NCBI GenBank assembly: GCA_046563655.1
Contig: CM102286.1
Coordinates: forward strand, 5,270,001-5,334,000
From: Yuukianura sp. NJ FZ-2021
Taxonomy: Eukaryota
Direction: 5' to 3'
DNA length: 64,000 bases
Positions 24,305-39,521 of the stretch are shown here, one piece after another (the stretch's first letter is position 1; every line of letters begins with the position of its first letter). A program made the position numbers and the translations under genes. The notes under the pieces are model-generated. The model saw only the letters and a list, made by a program, of their open reading frames with translations. It was not told the DNA's origin and searched no databases.

Positions 24305-27300
24305 TAATTAAAAGAAGAAAGGAAGACGAAGTCAAGAACTTTCAAGAAAACAAAAAATACATTGTCATAAAAAATATTATCAGATTAACTTACTTCATAT
24401 GCAATCGAAACGTTTACAAAAGACATCTTCAAACAAAAAAGACGTTATTAAAACAAAATATACAATACAAAAACAATAAAATAAATATAATAATAATATA
24501 TAAATAAACAAAATAAGCTTAGCCCACGGGGAGGCGAGTTCCATCAAGGATGCAGGAAGTTTTGTTTTTTGGTAAAGCTTCGCGGCTTTCTCAGAATTTA
24601 GTTGGAAAGTATCCACATCCGAGTCAGTAGCAGTGTACTTAGCTTGTTTACGAGAAGCAAGTTTATTACCAAAGTTAATCAAATCATCATTATTTTGCTT
24701 AACTTGGAGTGACACGCCTATTTAATTAAAACTAAGTACACCGCAGGATATTTGAGCATCAATAGGGAGAGGAAGGCAGTGGAGCCGAAACGGAACATGA
24801 AATAAGGTTCCACTTCCGGCTTTGGCTTTTCATTAAATTCTGTGATTTTAATATGTGAACGAAGCATATCGAATTGAGTCATCTAATGCCCTCCCTAGGT
24901 GTAAAGTAGTCCAAATTAGGCGAATCTCCAAAATCACTTTCCACTAATTTCAACGAGACCACACAAATCCTGAGTACTCAACGGAGGTTTTAATTATTTG
25001 GCTAAAAGCGTCAGAGAGTTGCGGTGTTTCAGGGGAAAGTGGTTTTAGTACCAAAGATTTTCGATTTTTTTCCCTAAAAACAGCGATGCTCTTATTCTTT
25101 TTTAAATTCTGCTGGAATGTGCTGACTTTTGTGAAAATTGAGCAGACAAATAATAAAAGGTCAAGCATAACTACTTTTGAAACTGTAATTATGTTTGCTG
25201 TAACATTAATGTACTATGAGGAATGGTGATAAAGTTTAGTGTGAGCAGATCACTGGAAAGATGAGAAAGATGTTCTAGGACAAAAGTCATTATGCCAGAG
25301 CAAATCGTTTTTCCAAGTCCATGTAGCTCTGTAATGGAAATGGAAACATCGTTGTTGATGTTTAAGGTACGACTGCAATTATATTCAAATTATTTTGTCC
25401 GTCCATTTGCAATTGTTAACTTCCTCGCGTGCAAATTATTTTGCTCTATGCTGATTACTGAACATCCTACCGACAATATCGCTCACACAATCTTTCTACC
25501 ACCAGAGTCTTCACTTCTAACTTATGAGGACAAACTTGTCGATATCAATTCTTGCCTGTACTGAAAAAAACTTACAATTTTTCAAGAACTACAATTGTTT
25601 TCATATTTTTTGTTCAATCATGGAATCCCTTGTATGTTTCCAATTGTTTCCTTGATTGCCAATGATTGCCAAATTTTTGAGAATTTTTGAACGCAAGCGA
25701 TAGCAAGCGCAAATTTCTTTTTAAATTAATATGTTAAATGTCATTTTTTATTAACACGCATTACTTTAATCAGGCAATTGAAAGTTTTTTTAAACTCATT
25801 TCGTTCTGCTCCAGCTTTTAATGCTACATTCACAAAAAAAAATTTATTATGAAGGGCATGGCCAATGCCCCGCTTCCAGTTTTACCAAAGAACAAAAGCA
25901 TTCTAAAAGCAAGTTCCATTTAGAGGCTGAGGTCATTTTCCAAGGGCAGCCTGCATCTCAATTGAGATGGATGGGAATAATCAATTACAAAATCACGTCA
26001 CGGTTCGAGTCAAAGTCCCTATTTTCCAGATGTCAAAATGATTGGATTTTGGATTCCAAGTTCAGAAACGAGATCAAGTCCCTCTCTCTCTCTCTCTGCT
26101 TCGAACAGAGCACATTAGGCGAATCAGCTGAAAGTGCAGGGGAAGCGGAGGAGAAAGCGAGCGAGGACAATGAAAAATGCTTTCTCCACAGCCTTCACTG
26201 AATAAATGTCAACAGACTCAGAGTCAGAACAAAACGAATCCCCCTCTTTTCGTTTGATTCCCAGTGAAAGTAAGAATGTTTCGATTTCATGATTGAAGGG
26301 ATGGACTCATAATTCAGACTCAGAGAAGCTCCAATGTCACTCCGTTTCTTCAGAAGAAGCATTTGAGCATTTAGTCTTCAGATCTGATTCCAGTGTGTGC
26401 GTTCTCCCTTCTGCATAAAACCAAAGAGGAGCCCTTATTCTTTTCTACAACAAAAGGAATCTGGGGACTGAATTTGGAGCGAAGAGTGAGCTTAAGTTGA
26501 CTTGGGCATTTTCAAATGTTGGCGCTCTGTGCTCATACTCCAAGGCGTTTGGAACTACTGCACTGTGAACGAGCAGCAGCAAAGAGAAGCTTAAGGAAGA
26601 GACGAGCTCAGTCGCAGCTCGCCTTTTGAGCTGATCGGTAGGGCATCCATTGCAGTCGTAATTGTAATCTTAAATCAACATCCTTAACCGGTTCTCAATT
26701 TTAAACTGAGCGTTACAAAACCAATCTTCATCTGCTTAAACTTCCACGGTGAGAAAATTGTTAGGTTAGAAAATTGTTTGGGTAGAGTAAACTTTTTCTG
26801 GGAATTTTGCACCTTTAATTATAGTTGTTGAACTTTATTGCGTTAAGCTTTTCTACCTTACGCACTTTCACACGCATGTTCCCCTCCGCCCTGATTTTAA
26901 GCATTTCGTTACGTGTTCCTGTCATTACCAAAAATGCATTTGTCCAGGAATGCGACCGGTTTTTTCAAAGAATTGCTCCAGTTGAAATTTTTATGAGCTC
27001 CAAAAATTTGTTGAGAAATTTAGTACAAAACAAAATTACTGGAGCGTATTTATTTAGTTGAGGGTCTTGTAAACGTATTTGGAGAATTTCTTAAAACTAA
27101 ATTCTGAAATGCTCTTCTAAAAAATGAAACAAAAAGTTTTTTAGAAAGCAAGGAATTGTTCGGACAGGAACGGAAGCATTCCAATTTACTTATTGAGTCA
27201 CAGTCCTTACAGTATGTCTTTGACAAAAACACAATAAAAATGGTACATGATGAGGAGTGTGCTAAAGTACATAATCTTGGGATTAAGTTGATTGATTTAA

Positions 27301-30300
27301 TGCTACCAAAAAGAACTGATTCTTTCCCTTGTGCTTTTACTAAAACTAAAATGCCGCAGCGTGAAAGTACGGACTTACGAAAAACTTTTAAAATTAAAAC
27401 TGTCTCCAAGTTCAAAGATTTTCAAAAACTTTGTAACCACAAAAACGACATTTTCGTTTTTGCCACCCACAGAACCAAATTAAGTCAAAAGTGGTAAAGC
27501 TTTACTAAAGAAGGACAAACAAGGGTACCGCTTGCCGTATTAATGTTAGTAAACATTGCGCACTTTAATTAATACTAAAACAGTAAAATTAACTACTCTG
27601 TTTACTTCCATTTTCATTAATTAACTAACCTGTTTTTGTTTTTGTAATCGATTAAGACAAGTTTCGCCTTCCGTTAATTAACTTTTGCTCTACTTACTTG
27701 GTTCGACACATTTTTTGAGTTTTTGCAAATTTTGAAGCTTAAATGGCATTAATGGCGCAATGAGCTAACTTTGCCGTCAAACCTGAATTTTTTTTTGTCA
27801 CACGAAGATGAAGTGGAGTCAGTTCGATGGACATTGACGTTAAAAGTGGCATGCTCAAAGCCCAAACTGCATATTTTATGTAGTCATAATTAATTGAATG
27901 GCCTGTTTTGTAGGCTCAAGAGAATGACGGATCGGTTGTGGATAACATCTTAAACTCGCTTTTACTTTCCGCTTTTACAGCACGTTTCCTAAAGTTTTCA
28001 TGGGCGGTGGTGGTCATGGGTGCGTGCAAAAGTTGAAATTTTTTGTGCCTTTGTGCAAAATGAGGGGTGATTTAAAGGCAAGTTTTGTACACTGTGCACA
28101 GCTTTCTATTTCTATGTGTGCAGAATAGTTCCAGTGAAAGTTATTAATCGGATCTTAGAAGTGTGCACGAGCTAAGCCGAAGTCAAACTTCCTTCAAAAT
28201 TTCGTCTTTTGTAGCAAAAGTTCATGCACAAGGTTTTTGATATTTGGAAAAGTGGCATTGTTTTTGGTGAAAGTCAGAATTTGAGCTTTCTCCCTCCAAA
28301 TTACCTTCATTTTGAATTCACGCAAAAAACTTTTTCTTTTCTTCATCCTTTGAGTTGTAAACCTACTAGTTTACGCAATTTCAAAAAGGGATGTAACACT
28401 ATTTACTACAAGAAAAAACAAAATAGGTTTTTTTTTTGTATGTTTCGAGGGCAGAATGAATTACAGTTCAAACCGTATAATTTTCCTTGGCAAATTCTGT
28501 GGTTTTTCTCCAAAAGCATAACATACGACTTGGAATTTCAGAGAAGTAAGTACTAGCAGAAGCCAGATTACATTTTGACTTAAGTTCAATTATACCCATC
28601 CGCAAACCCTACTTTCTCAACTATACATCTTTTTCTGAAAAACGAGTATCTAAGCAGTAAGCGTTCAAACGAGATTGAGAAATCCATATATAAATATCAA
28701 TGTCGGTAGTTGTAAAGCAATTTCCAGCAGTTCTAGGTTTCGTTTTGCCCTAGTAACTTTCAAACCCGTTTTTTTAACTTTTCTTTCCGAAGGCACAAGG
28801 GCGTACACAATTTGAATTGAGTTGGATTTAACAATAATTTATCGTTCTAGCTCCTGATTTTCTATTTTTTCTGTTCTTCTTGTTCTTGAAATAGGACCGA
28901 AAGGAAGCAGTTAGTTTAGAAGAGAAAACCCTGATTGATCGATTGGAACCCAGGGAATTGGCGATAATGGAATAGTACTTCAAAAGTGCTGATCCTCCTT
29001 TGGACGAGAACATACGAGTTGAGCGCGGCAATACACAAACAACTGGTAATTCAAAACAAAATTCGGCCATGTCCCACCGCTCGCCTTTCAGTTCCTGACA
29101 ACTTGGAAAAAAAAGAAAGACATTTCCAGCGATCGTTCTTTTCTTCGGCAGCAAGCGTTCAGCGTACCTAACCTAAAACCCCCAGCTTTGCCACCAAGTC
29201 TTTTCCTAACAAGAAACCCGAAATATCCAGGAAGCGGGAGCGGGAGATCCAACTTTACCTCAAAACCTCCCGCCATTTGCTACTTTCACCCGGAGAAAGT
29301 CTTTTCTCGGTTGATTCCCGGCTTCGAGAAGTGACAGCTCTTGCTGTAATGGATGTTAAGTTCCACTTCCCACCCTCTCTAATAACTCGACTTCCTTCAA
29401 CGGCTCCATTCTGGGAATTAACCCACACGAAAGCATCTTCAAGACTTTATTAAGAACTCCAAACAAGTCGACTTACATTCTCCTTTCAGTGTTTTGAAAA
29501 AAAAGTTTTGAAAAACGAGGATCTTCTTTTCCAAGGATTTTGTGAGAGGCTTACAATTTAATTACTCCGCTTTCTTTTGGATTTTTTCTGGGGAATAAAA
29601 GTGCGTCTCTCACTTCCCCTGCATCGTCCTGGAGCGTCTTTTATGGTTTACCATGACCGAAACCGAGGTTCTTCCCGAGTGACAGTGAACTATCTCTAAA
29701 GGAAAAAGATAATTGTTATATGTGCTTTTTTGTGGACTCGAGGGCTAGGCTACTATGGTGGTGGTTGACTTGGAAGTGCGATGATTAATGGGACTTGTTC
29801 CAGAAAGGCAACAACAAAGGGCCAAAAGATTTAGAAGATTTTTTTAAGAAGGAGAGACTAAGTGTTAAGAAAATCGCCTACGTTTTAAGTTTCTTTTTCA
29901 AAAAGAAAAACTTGAAAAGTTTTCTCAAGCGGCCCCATCACCATCAGCATCTTCCGAATTTTCGTCTTCACCCCCGTCGTAAGAACATAAGAAAAGACAT
30001 CTGCTTCTTCAGACAAGGTTGAACAAGAATTTAGAAAAGATTTAAAAAAAAGAAAACTGTTTGGGGTGTTCTTGTTCATCTCCTGTGACATGACATGAGG
30101 AACATCATGAGTCGGGAAGCCTTAATCATAGGTTTCGTCTAACCCTTTCTCCTTCAGGGTGCTTCTCCCTTAACTTTTAGAAGAATCAAGAATCAAGTTA
30201 ATCTTCTTACTTAAGCTCCAAATAGAGCTCTCAAGCTCTTAGAACAACTTCTAGATTTGTTCTAGATTCCAACTAATTACCAAATCCCATTGTCTCCAAA

Positions 30301-33300
30301 GGCTCTATTTATGCAAACTTGGTGCACAATGCGGATGTCAGTTTCATTTGGCACAAAGGGACTCCCCTCCATTCTTCTGTTGCTTTTTGGCGTCTGCCGG
30401 TGTCTCCAAGGGAAGATCCTGGACCATAACCATCATGGCAACGTAGTCAGAGAAGGTAAGCTTTGTGCAAAAGCATCTTCATTACTTAGATGATTAATTC
30501 TTTTGTTAGGCACTTACTGGTGACAACTGCAGTAAGTTAGCGCGCTTAACTTTCAAAACTTTGACAAAATTAACTAAAGTTCATTTCGCAGCGGCACGAC
30601 TGCCAACAATTTAAAGTAACAAATTAACTCAAGGAGTTTGAACTTTGGCTTGATTTTAAATAACCGCTTTATAAAAGGAACGCAAGTTGGATTATTGATT
30701 AAAAAAAGAAGACTGCGTACGGTGCATTTTCAATTTTCAAAACGTGCCGAAAATTGTTCGAACATGTTCTGTCAGTCTGTCAACACGCTGACATTATTAT
30801 TCGATTTGGAAAAATTTCTTTTTCAAAAGGCTTTTCCCGCCCCACTTAAACGTCTGACAGACAGACGCAGAGTTAACTCCTGGGGTTAACAGTAAGCGTG
30901 CAGGGATTAGCATTCCTTAACAACCAAAAAGCCATTGTTGTCTGAAAAAAGGTTAGGGTAGGTACATACTACTTCAACATAATGTTAAGTACTTGGATTT
31001 CATTGTTCTCAGTAAATTGGAATAAGATTTGAGAGTCATACAGATTCTAGGGTTTCACCTGTTGAAAAAATGAATCTCCTTGTACGGTAATCACAGACCA
31101 GTTTTTTACTGAAATTTTCCTGGAAGGTGTCGATTTGAAACAGTTCCCAAAGGTAATTGGAATCCACGATCTCTTTTTTTAATCTAAAACTAAGTCTTTT
31201 CAAGGTTATGCTTGAAAGTAGTTCAAATTGGAACAGGAAATGGGGTTATGATGATACTTTGTATCAGATTTTCACTGATGTTACCTGATGTGTTTCATGA
31301 GAAATTCTTGATGACCTATGACCTTAAGGCTAAGACTAGGTGAATAGTGGAATTAGCAGGAATCAGAAATGAGGAAGGACTCCAATTACAAGGTGCTTGG
31401 CGAAAGATTTAAGAGACAATAGTTTGAGAGAAAAGAAACAAATGATGCTTAAGTGCCCTCTCCAGAAGCCCTTAATCCCAAAGGCTCCCCCATGCAACTT
31501 TTCCTTTTCAACATTTAATCTGGACTGCATCTAAAGCTCTAAGACTGACAATGATTAAATTCTTTCAACCTGCGCTACGACGCAAACGGATTATGTTACA
31601 CATCACTTCCACTTTTCCTCCTAACTGGATTTTCTATTCTAGTTACCACCGTACCGCTAGCCCTCCAGAAATCCTATGTACTGTAGCAATGCTGTGATAG
31701 GGTACGTAGAAGGATAATATTAATTAAAAGAGCTTCCAGGGACTAGTAACTGTACAAACTTCAAGCAGGAAATCTCATTTCACTTGTAGGCACGTGCTTT
31801 CCCTGCGTCTCCTAGGCACACTTTCCCCGTTTTCGGTTTCTACTGAAAGCCGAGTAACTGTGTTGCTCATCCCGGACTTTTGGCGCTCCGCGTGGGAGAT
31901 AGCGCAGATATTGACTTGGTGTGGTGAACTGGTCTTTGCATTTCTATTTAAATCGTTCCGCTTCAACTGTCAGAGGAATATGTTCATGCGCTTTTGAACC
32001 TCGCGGAAGAACTATTTCAAAACCTTGGATTCAGCCAAACTTTCTGGAAATGCTTGTTCTCCTTAGCTTTCCAAAAGTTCTAAGCTCCTCTTTACTTTCA
32101 GCATCAAGGAAAAGCCTTTTGATATGCTGAAAGAAAGGAAATCGGAAGCCTGGAAGGTTGAATTTTATAGAGATTCTCGCAGAACCTGAAGACGCTTCTT
32201 CTGTTCTAAGCATAGAAATAATTTGGTTTCATCTTTCAACTGCGCGCCAAAGATGTATCAAGCTTAGGTTAGGAAAAAGAAGTCTTTTCCTTCCTCTCCC
32301 GCCTTTCAAATGGATCCTTCACCTGCTGAATACAAATGGAGAAAACAAGTTGAACGACACTTGATATTGAACGGTTTCTTTCTCGAGGGAAACTGGAGTC
32401 TCTTTGTAAAATGAATACGAAACAGTTTCCTGGAATTACGTGAACAGATCACCTTTCCACTCTTCACAGACGCCATTCTTTCTAATTTCTCACGCAGGCG
32501 GGAAAAAAAGTTTTGAAAGTTGCCGAGTTTTCAAATTTTGGGGTCACGGTGCGCCACATCCACCACAAAAGTGTCACTCGTTATGTAACTTTGTCTTTTT
32601 CAAGTGTCACAGGCTTAAAACAACTTTCAGCTACCTCCATGATGTTAACAGATGCCATGAGGTGTTAGGCTATGTAACTAGTTTTTGAAACCACAAGTAA
32701 GGGTAGTCGTGAAGATAGAATTGACGTGGTAGGGTCAACTTGGGGTCACGAACATGATGAGCTTCAGCGTTGATGAATTTGATGAGCTCTGGGAGATAAG
32801 TTAGGTTAAGTTTAAGTGATTCTTCTGAGGAAAGGCGTGGAAAGTGAAAGTGTAAACCAAGTGTGGCGTGTCACCTGACAGGAACTAATGGACTTGGAGG
32901 CATAGGCGTGTGTTTCTGTCAAAATTTTTCAAGAAGTGGGGAGTACTTAAGAAGGGACTCTCTTTGTTTTTAAGGCGGTTTATGAGGTCATGAAAGGTTA
33001 AAACCACACAAACACGACAGCATCCGTACAAAAGTTACCGTCAAAACAACTCTTCATGCTTGTGAGGAACTAAAAGGCGGGAATATTAGTAATTTTTGAA
33101 ACCAAGCGGTATGAAGTAACACATAACATTGGAGTAATGAGTAACTAACGTTAAAATAACCCTCTTCCAGACACCCCATGACGTTTTTGAGACAAAATAA
33201 AATTGAAAAGCTTCTTTCAAGCCCGGAACTTTTAGCATGCTTCGATGAATTTCAAATCCAAAAAAAGTCCTAGCACACGGTCTTTTAGTAGTATAACAAT

Positions 33301-36300
33301 CCGTGCGAATCGGATCGATGATCTCTACGCACCTTATGAAGAAAAAAATAATCCAGGATTATTTTCTTTCAGCAACTTTATTACAAATTTCATTCTATAA
33401 AATATCTCTGCTTCATGAAATCAAATTACCTTTGAGTAACAATTTTTAGCCGAAATGAAAACCAGAAAGAGTTCAAACTACAAAAGAAAAACGCCTTCTC
33501 TCTTTCCGCTTTTTCAAGGAATTTAAGTCTACAATTGCAAACCTTACTAAATTCTTGAAACGGATACCCGCATACCTCTACTTTCTCGAAAATTTTGTCT
33601 TTTAAACTTTTCTTTTTGGTTGTCTGCGTTTTTCAGTGGCGCATTTTAATTAGTAGCCGTTTTTCTCCACTTTTCTTTAATTTGCGCTCCTCCAGAGAAA
33701 GTTGAAAAGGAAAGAGAAATTCTTTTTGGCGAAAGATCTGAAGAATCTTATTCTTTTTGTTCTGCTCAGCTATTTAGTATGCAGATGGGAAGCGGTTTAA
33801 CCCAAAAGCCAACACTAGGCTAAGGCAGCAGAACTTTTCATTTTGAAGTCTGAGGTTGAAGGAATACGAAAAAAAAAGCGCGCAGAGGCTAGAAAAATAT
33901 CATTCTGTTTGAAACGGAAATGTGAAGAAACTCTCGGGGAAAACCTTTAAGAGGTTTGCTAGTGCTAAGCGCTGCATAAAACGCTTTTTCCGGCTGAAAA
34001 TTTAAAGTTTCTTTCAATTTGAAGGGAAATTTCCAACCTTGTTCATAAAGTTGGAAGGGAACGGAGAGAAAGTTTTCATAAATAAACAAACCCAGAAGAG
34101 ATCTTTCCCTTAGCAAGTGAAGTGCAAAGCAGAACGGAATGAGAAAATTGCCAACTTTCGCAAAAAGTCTGCCAGTGCAGAAATGAAATTGGGAGAAGGC
34201 GGTTGGTGGGAGTTTAAAAAAACGAGTAAAGTTTTGGCCTAGAAAGTGAAATGTAATGGTTGACTGGGTCCTAGGAACCTTAGGAACATCAAAGGGAAAG
34301 GCAAATTCAAGAAGGTGTGATAGGAATAAGGACTCTCACTTCTCAACAAAAGCCATCCGTCAGTCCAAGTCCACCATATCCGCTTAAAAAGAAGAAAAAT
34401 CTTCCCGCCGCCATCAAATTCAAATAAGTCACCTCTGACCTCCGAGGCTTCAGGGGGAACTTCATTGAAGCATATGAATAGGAGGGTACTTTCATCTGCT
34501 GCCAAGTCTCTTGACTTTTGGGCTTCTTTGGCTAGGAGAGACTGACGATGATAAATGAGATTTCAATATTCAGGTCCATTTCTTTTGAAAAGAACTTTAT
34601 GTTCAAACTGTTCATGTTCTAAAACTTTTTTCAAGAAAATGTTTTAGACAAGACATGTTGACGTTGGAATGAACACAGTTTTGTTAAGGAATGAAGACAA
34701 AAGGAACTCAAGTATTTTGATTACTTGCTGTCCGTCTTTATCTTGTTCTAGATTTCTAGTTACAAATACCTTTCGACTCGAATTTGTTCAATCAAAGAAT
34801 ACTATTGCGCAGTAAATTACATTTTTAAGACATCATTGCGCAGCTAGTACGCTGCTATGATTAACTGTTTTCTTTTCTAAATTGATAAAGCCACCTACAA
34901 CCATTCCAGAATATATTTGACATTTGTTGATTTGAAAACCACCACCGGAGCTCCTCCAGCCCGCCAAGGTTTGAATTTTAGCCCGCCAAGCGTTACTGAC
35001 ATCCTGGTTTGAATGTAATCAGTTTCTTGTTTGTACGTCATAAATCTAAGCCTCATAAAAAACTTGTCCAGCATATCTTTTTCGTTAGTTGCCTTTTGGC
35101 TTTTCTCACGAGTTTTGCGCCGTTTTTTAAACAACTGCTTTAGTATTCTCGTTTTTGGTTGGGTGAGAGGTTGATTGGGAAGCTCTAAAATTGATAGGTT
35201 TTGATTTAAAATTCGTATTATATACTAAGGGGTATCTGTTTGACTCGACCTCAAGGGCTGGTGGAGCATGTAAGGTGGGTACTTGGACGCGTTAACAAGG
35301 GCTCCAGAAGTGGATCTTCAGGAGAAGGCGGATTGTGTACTCAAGTTGAGCAAACAGAGGAAGGGCCAGGAAGGTAAGAAGGCAGAATTCAAGAATCGCG
35401 TTTTAATGAGCTCCTTCTGATTCCAGCCTGATCTTCCTCATTCAAGTGTCTCACTCTGAATATTTGAATATTTAATCCAGAAAAAGGACTCGACTGGTGG
35501 ATGCTGGAAGTATCAAAGTCCTCCATCTAAGTCCAGAATATCCAAGGAGAATAACCTTCTAAGGAAGTCGAGGCTGGGGATATGCTTGAATTATTCGGCA
35601 CAGAATAGTTGATTACCCAAATTACTTTCCAAGTTCGATGCTTAAGGGACCTCATTGTTTCCTCCTTCTAAGGGATTGTCTTTGCCCGGCCATAAGTTAG
35701 TCTCAACCAGAAATCAATTCCAGTGGTCCTGCGAGCTTGAATTTCATTTTCTGAGGAAGCTAACCGCATGCATTCTTGATGTGCACCAGCGGAGGCGTTG
35801 GCATTGCGGTTTTAGTTCTTGTTTATGTTGGTTTTTAGAATGCAGAACTTGAAACTACTATTTTCGACACTGTTCAAGTTTTCAATGTCGTTTTAAAAAA
35901 GTTTTTCGACAAATGTCACAGTATGTGACTTATGATGATGAGAACAGCAGGAGCAACGTTCCAAGGTGTGACAGATAAACATAAGTGCAGGTCCAAAAAA
36001 AAACGCTAAGCTTGTTTGCGTGTTCACACCCAAGAAATGCTGAAACCAAAAGTTGTAGGTTGTTGATTTAGCAGTTTGAGCCATGTTTGAAATGCTTTCT
36101 AGGGCGGCGGCAGTTCACAGACGGTTCAAATGTCCATTATCTTCCTGTGTACTGCATTCCCAGATTACATAATACCCTTGGCCATAACTTATTCGGAATT
36201 GCCGTTACGCTTTTTCTTCTTTCTCTCTGCCCTTCCACTATTATTACACCTATCGATTCCTAAACCTTCGTCCGATTCTGTTCAAATAAAAATGCTCCAG

Positions 36301-39300
36301 AGATACTGTTGCCATGAGTTAGTAACGCTACAGAAACCGTTAGTAGCCTTCTAAATTGCCAACGTTCAGGACCAACTGTTACCAAGGGCAGTCAAAGGAC
36401 CAAGGGCTGGTTATGGGTAACAAGGCAGAGATCGTGGACCATACATCATTCTAGAAAAATACACACATTTTATGTTTTCTTGTGGTCTAGGTGTGCTTGA
36501 TGTTTTTCAATTTTTTCTATTCTGGTACTGCCCATGAACTAAATTGTTTTTTTATTATTAACACACCAAAATTTTATGACTCTGCAACGTGATGATGAAA
36601 CAACCTCCATTTAGGTTAAGTAACTTAACCTTTCAAAAGATTTCCTAAGTAAAACGAGGACAATAGAAGATGGAGGAGAGGCGAGAATAATGAAATCGAT
36701 TTTCATAATACATTTTCCATCAGGTTTATCCATGAAGTGATCAGTACTTGGAAGGCTTAACAAACAGCCTTACGGAAGGTGTTGGGTCTAGTAAGGCATT
36801 ATGCTCGTCCATTACTGCAGTCACCCTAGTCACTTCTGGATCCTCCTCCAGAAGTACGTCGAGGACCACGAAAGCCACCACCTCCATTATCTTTGGTTTT
36901 AATTAAGGGGAGAGTGAATGGGGAAGATGCGCTTTGGAATAAGAAAGTGAAAGTTTTTCAATCAGCGGGGAAAGTGGGCCCTATTCTCACTATTTCCAAA
37001 AATAGACTCCAGAGAGAATAGGTTCTAGAAAGTGAATGCATCTAAACCTAACCTAAGGGATTGAAAGGGATCCTCTGGAGCTAATTACTCCTGGAGCATA
37101 CACTTAGACTATGTATTTCTCTATTTCTGTGGAATAGGGGGTGGGGACTTTAATAGTCCAAATTGGAAGGATTTATGTTGCAGGGTTTGAACGGGATCCT
37201 TCGAAGGCTCTTCCAGAATCTGGATCCGAGGGGAGGTAAAAGCTAGAGCTACGTTGGGGAAGAATGGAAATGAACAAGAGGGATACTCTGCCTAATATTT
37301 ATGATCTTGGGCTGGTAATGACATTGAAATAGATCGATAGAGACATTTCCACTTACTTCCACTTCAAGTGCTAAAGAGTCACTGACAATTGGGAAGAGCA
37401 GATAGCTAGATCCAGAAGAGCTAGAGGCATCAGAAACTAAGCACTGGCTGCAATGGAACATCAAAAATCTAAGAGTCTAATTTCAAATGGCTCTCCAGGG
37501 TCGTTCGTTCGTAAAGAGATCGCTTTTCAACACAGTATTCATTTTACTTTAAATATTTATGAAAAATGACTTCCTACTTTCTTTTGGCCATTTATGAATT
37601 GGAGAGGAAAGGCTGTGTAATGGAAGTGCGGTGGGCCCTTGGGAGGCTGACTTGGCTTAAATAGAACGCGATCCCGAGAGAGTGATGATTCTCCACATCC
37701 TTCCTCCATTTTACAATTCTAAATGCTACTTCAATTAGGTTCTATTTCATTTCTTTTTAATTCTTAGTCTCTCCGTTTCCGAAAACGCTTTTTAGTGGAG
37801 CAAAAATTTCAAAAGTGCAGTGCTATCTCTTTTTGCAAAAACTCTTTTCGGACTTTGCAAAATTTATGCAATGGAATTTTGCGGTACCAAGGCTCACAAA
37901 AATTCAGAGAAGGAATTTTTGCTTAAAAATTAAAACGTGCAGAACTCGAATTTTTTTTTTTACATGGTTTTGCGATCTTTGTCTTTACTTGTTTTAGCGG
38001 CAATATGTTATATTCGAAAATTTTGTATTTTCTTTCATTGAGCATTAGTTCCTCCATTTTTCTAATTCTGACAAACTGTTTAATATTAGACAAAACTTGC
38101 GTCATTCCTTGAAAAGTTGGTTGAGAAACTTGGTTGAAGGATTGTACGAACCATGGAAGACTAATGTTGCAAAGAGGTTTGTGAACTGATGCGTTACGCG
38201 AGCCAAGGTTTGTGAGCACAAAATATCCTAAATGGCTCTTTTCACCTTTCAGTGCTCTTTTGCGCCGAGACTAAAACCTAACCTAAAGAGAAAGTTTTTG
38301 GAATCTTTATTCTTATCCAAAAAGGAACCTCAGAAAAGACACCACTAATGGAATCCTTTGAGCTCCGTGACCTCCATGACCCCCTCATCTCCGGAAATTA
38401 GATGCCACGGAACAACCATTGGAAACTTTTCACTTTGTCCTCCAGGACCACATCTCTCCCTACACTCCAAATGCTAATTACAAAACTTTTACCACTTCTC
38501 TCTCCTTCTCAACCCACACAGTAATGTCCATAATTAGAAAACAATACTTTAACTCCAATGGCCAAAAGTTTTTGGGTTCCTTTAGTCTCAGGCTATCCAC
38601 AAAAAAAGTGTAGGAAATGACATAATTACAACGTGGTTTTTAGATTTGGTTGGATGAGCGCAGGAACATTAGCGTTAGAGTGAAAAGATGTGAAAGCTCG
38701 GATTGCAGCTTTTCAAATCTGGCGCTCGTTTTCCATTTTGAAATGTATCCCTAGGCGCCCTTGAGCCTGGATAAATGTTCCTTAGCTTGTAGAAAGTCAG
38801 AAAGAGGAAGAAACTAGTTTCAAGATGACTTTACAGAGATAGCCAAGTGAAATTAAGACAGAAATTTATTAATTTCACCAATTCTGGAGCATTTAGACGC
38901 TAACTAACGATCAGAAGCATGCTACAGAAACTAGCTCACGAGAAAGCAGTCTCAGGTGCTAATAGGTAATGGAGCCCTTAAGGCTGCAGCTACCCCTGAT
39001 TTACTGTTTCGTTCAATTAAACTGAATTACGTTAGTGACTGCGCATGACATGAAGAGCAGTGATTTCAAATGGTGTGTAAAGGCAAGGAGTAAATGAGGT
39101 CATAAATAAAATGTCGCTTGGAATGAATGTGACACCCACAATTGTCCATCAGGTTGAAGCCAGGAGGAAACGAAATCGTCTGGCAAACAAGAAATAAAAG
39201 TAAAGGATTACTGCTGGAAAACAGTAATTTGAAATTTGGAAAACATTCGTTTCGAATTTGGAAACATTCAGTTGAAGTTTCCAGAAACCGGTTCGATGTT

Positions 39301-39521
39301 CATCAAATTGTCCCAACATGGCTGTCCAACTGCCACTTGCCAAACAAATATTTTTGTTTTACTGTTTACTTCTTACACGAAGCAGAACAAATTACGACCT
39401 CTCACCTTTCCTTCCACCGCAGTTCTGAATTTCCTATTCTGAGTAAAACCCCTGCGGTTGCAAAACACGGAATGGAGATTGGATTTCAGGCAATTTGTGT
39501 TCGACGTCTCCGTCTCTGGTG

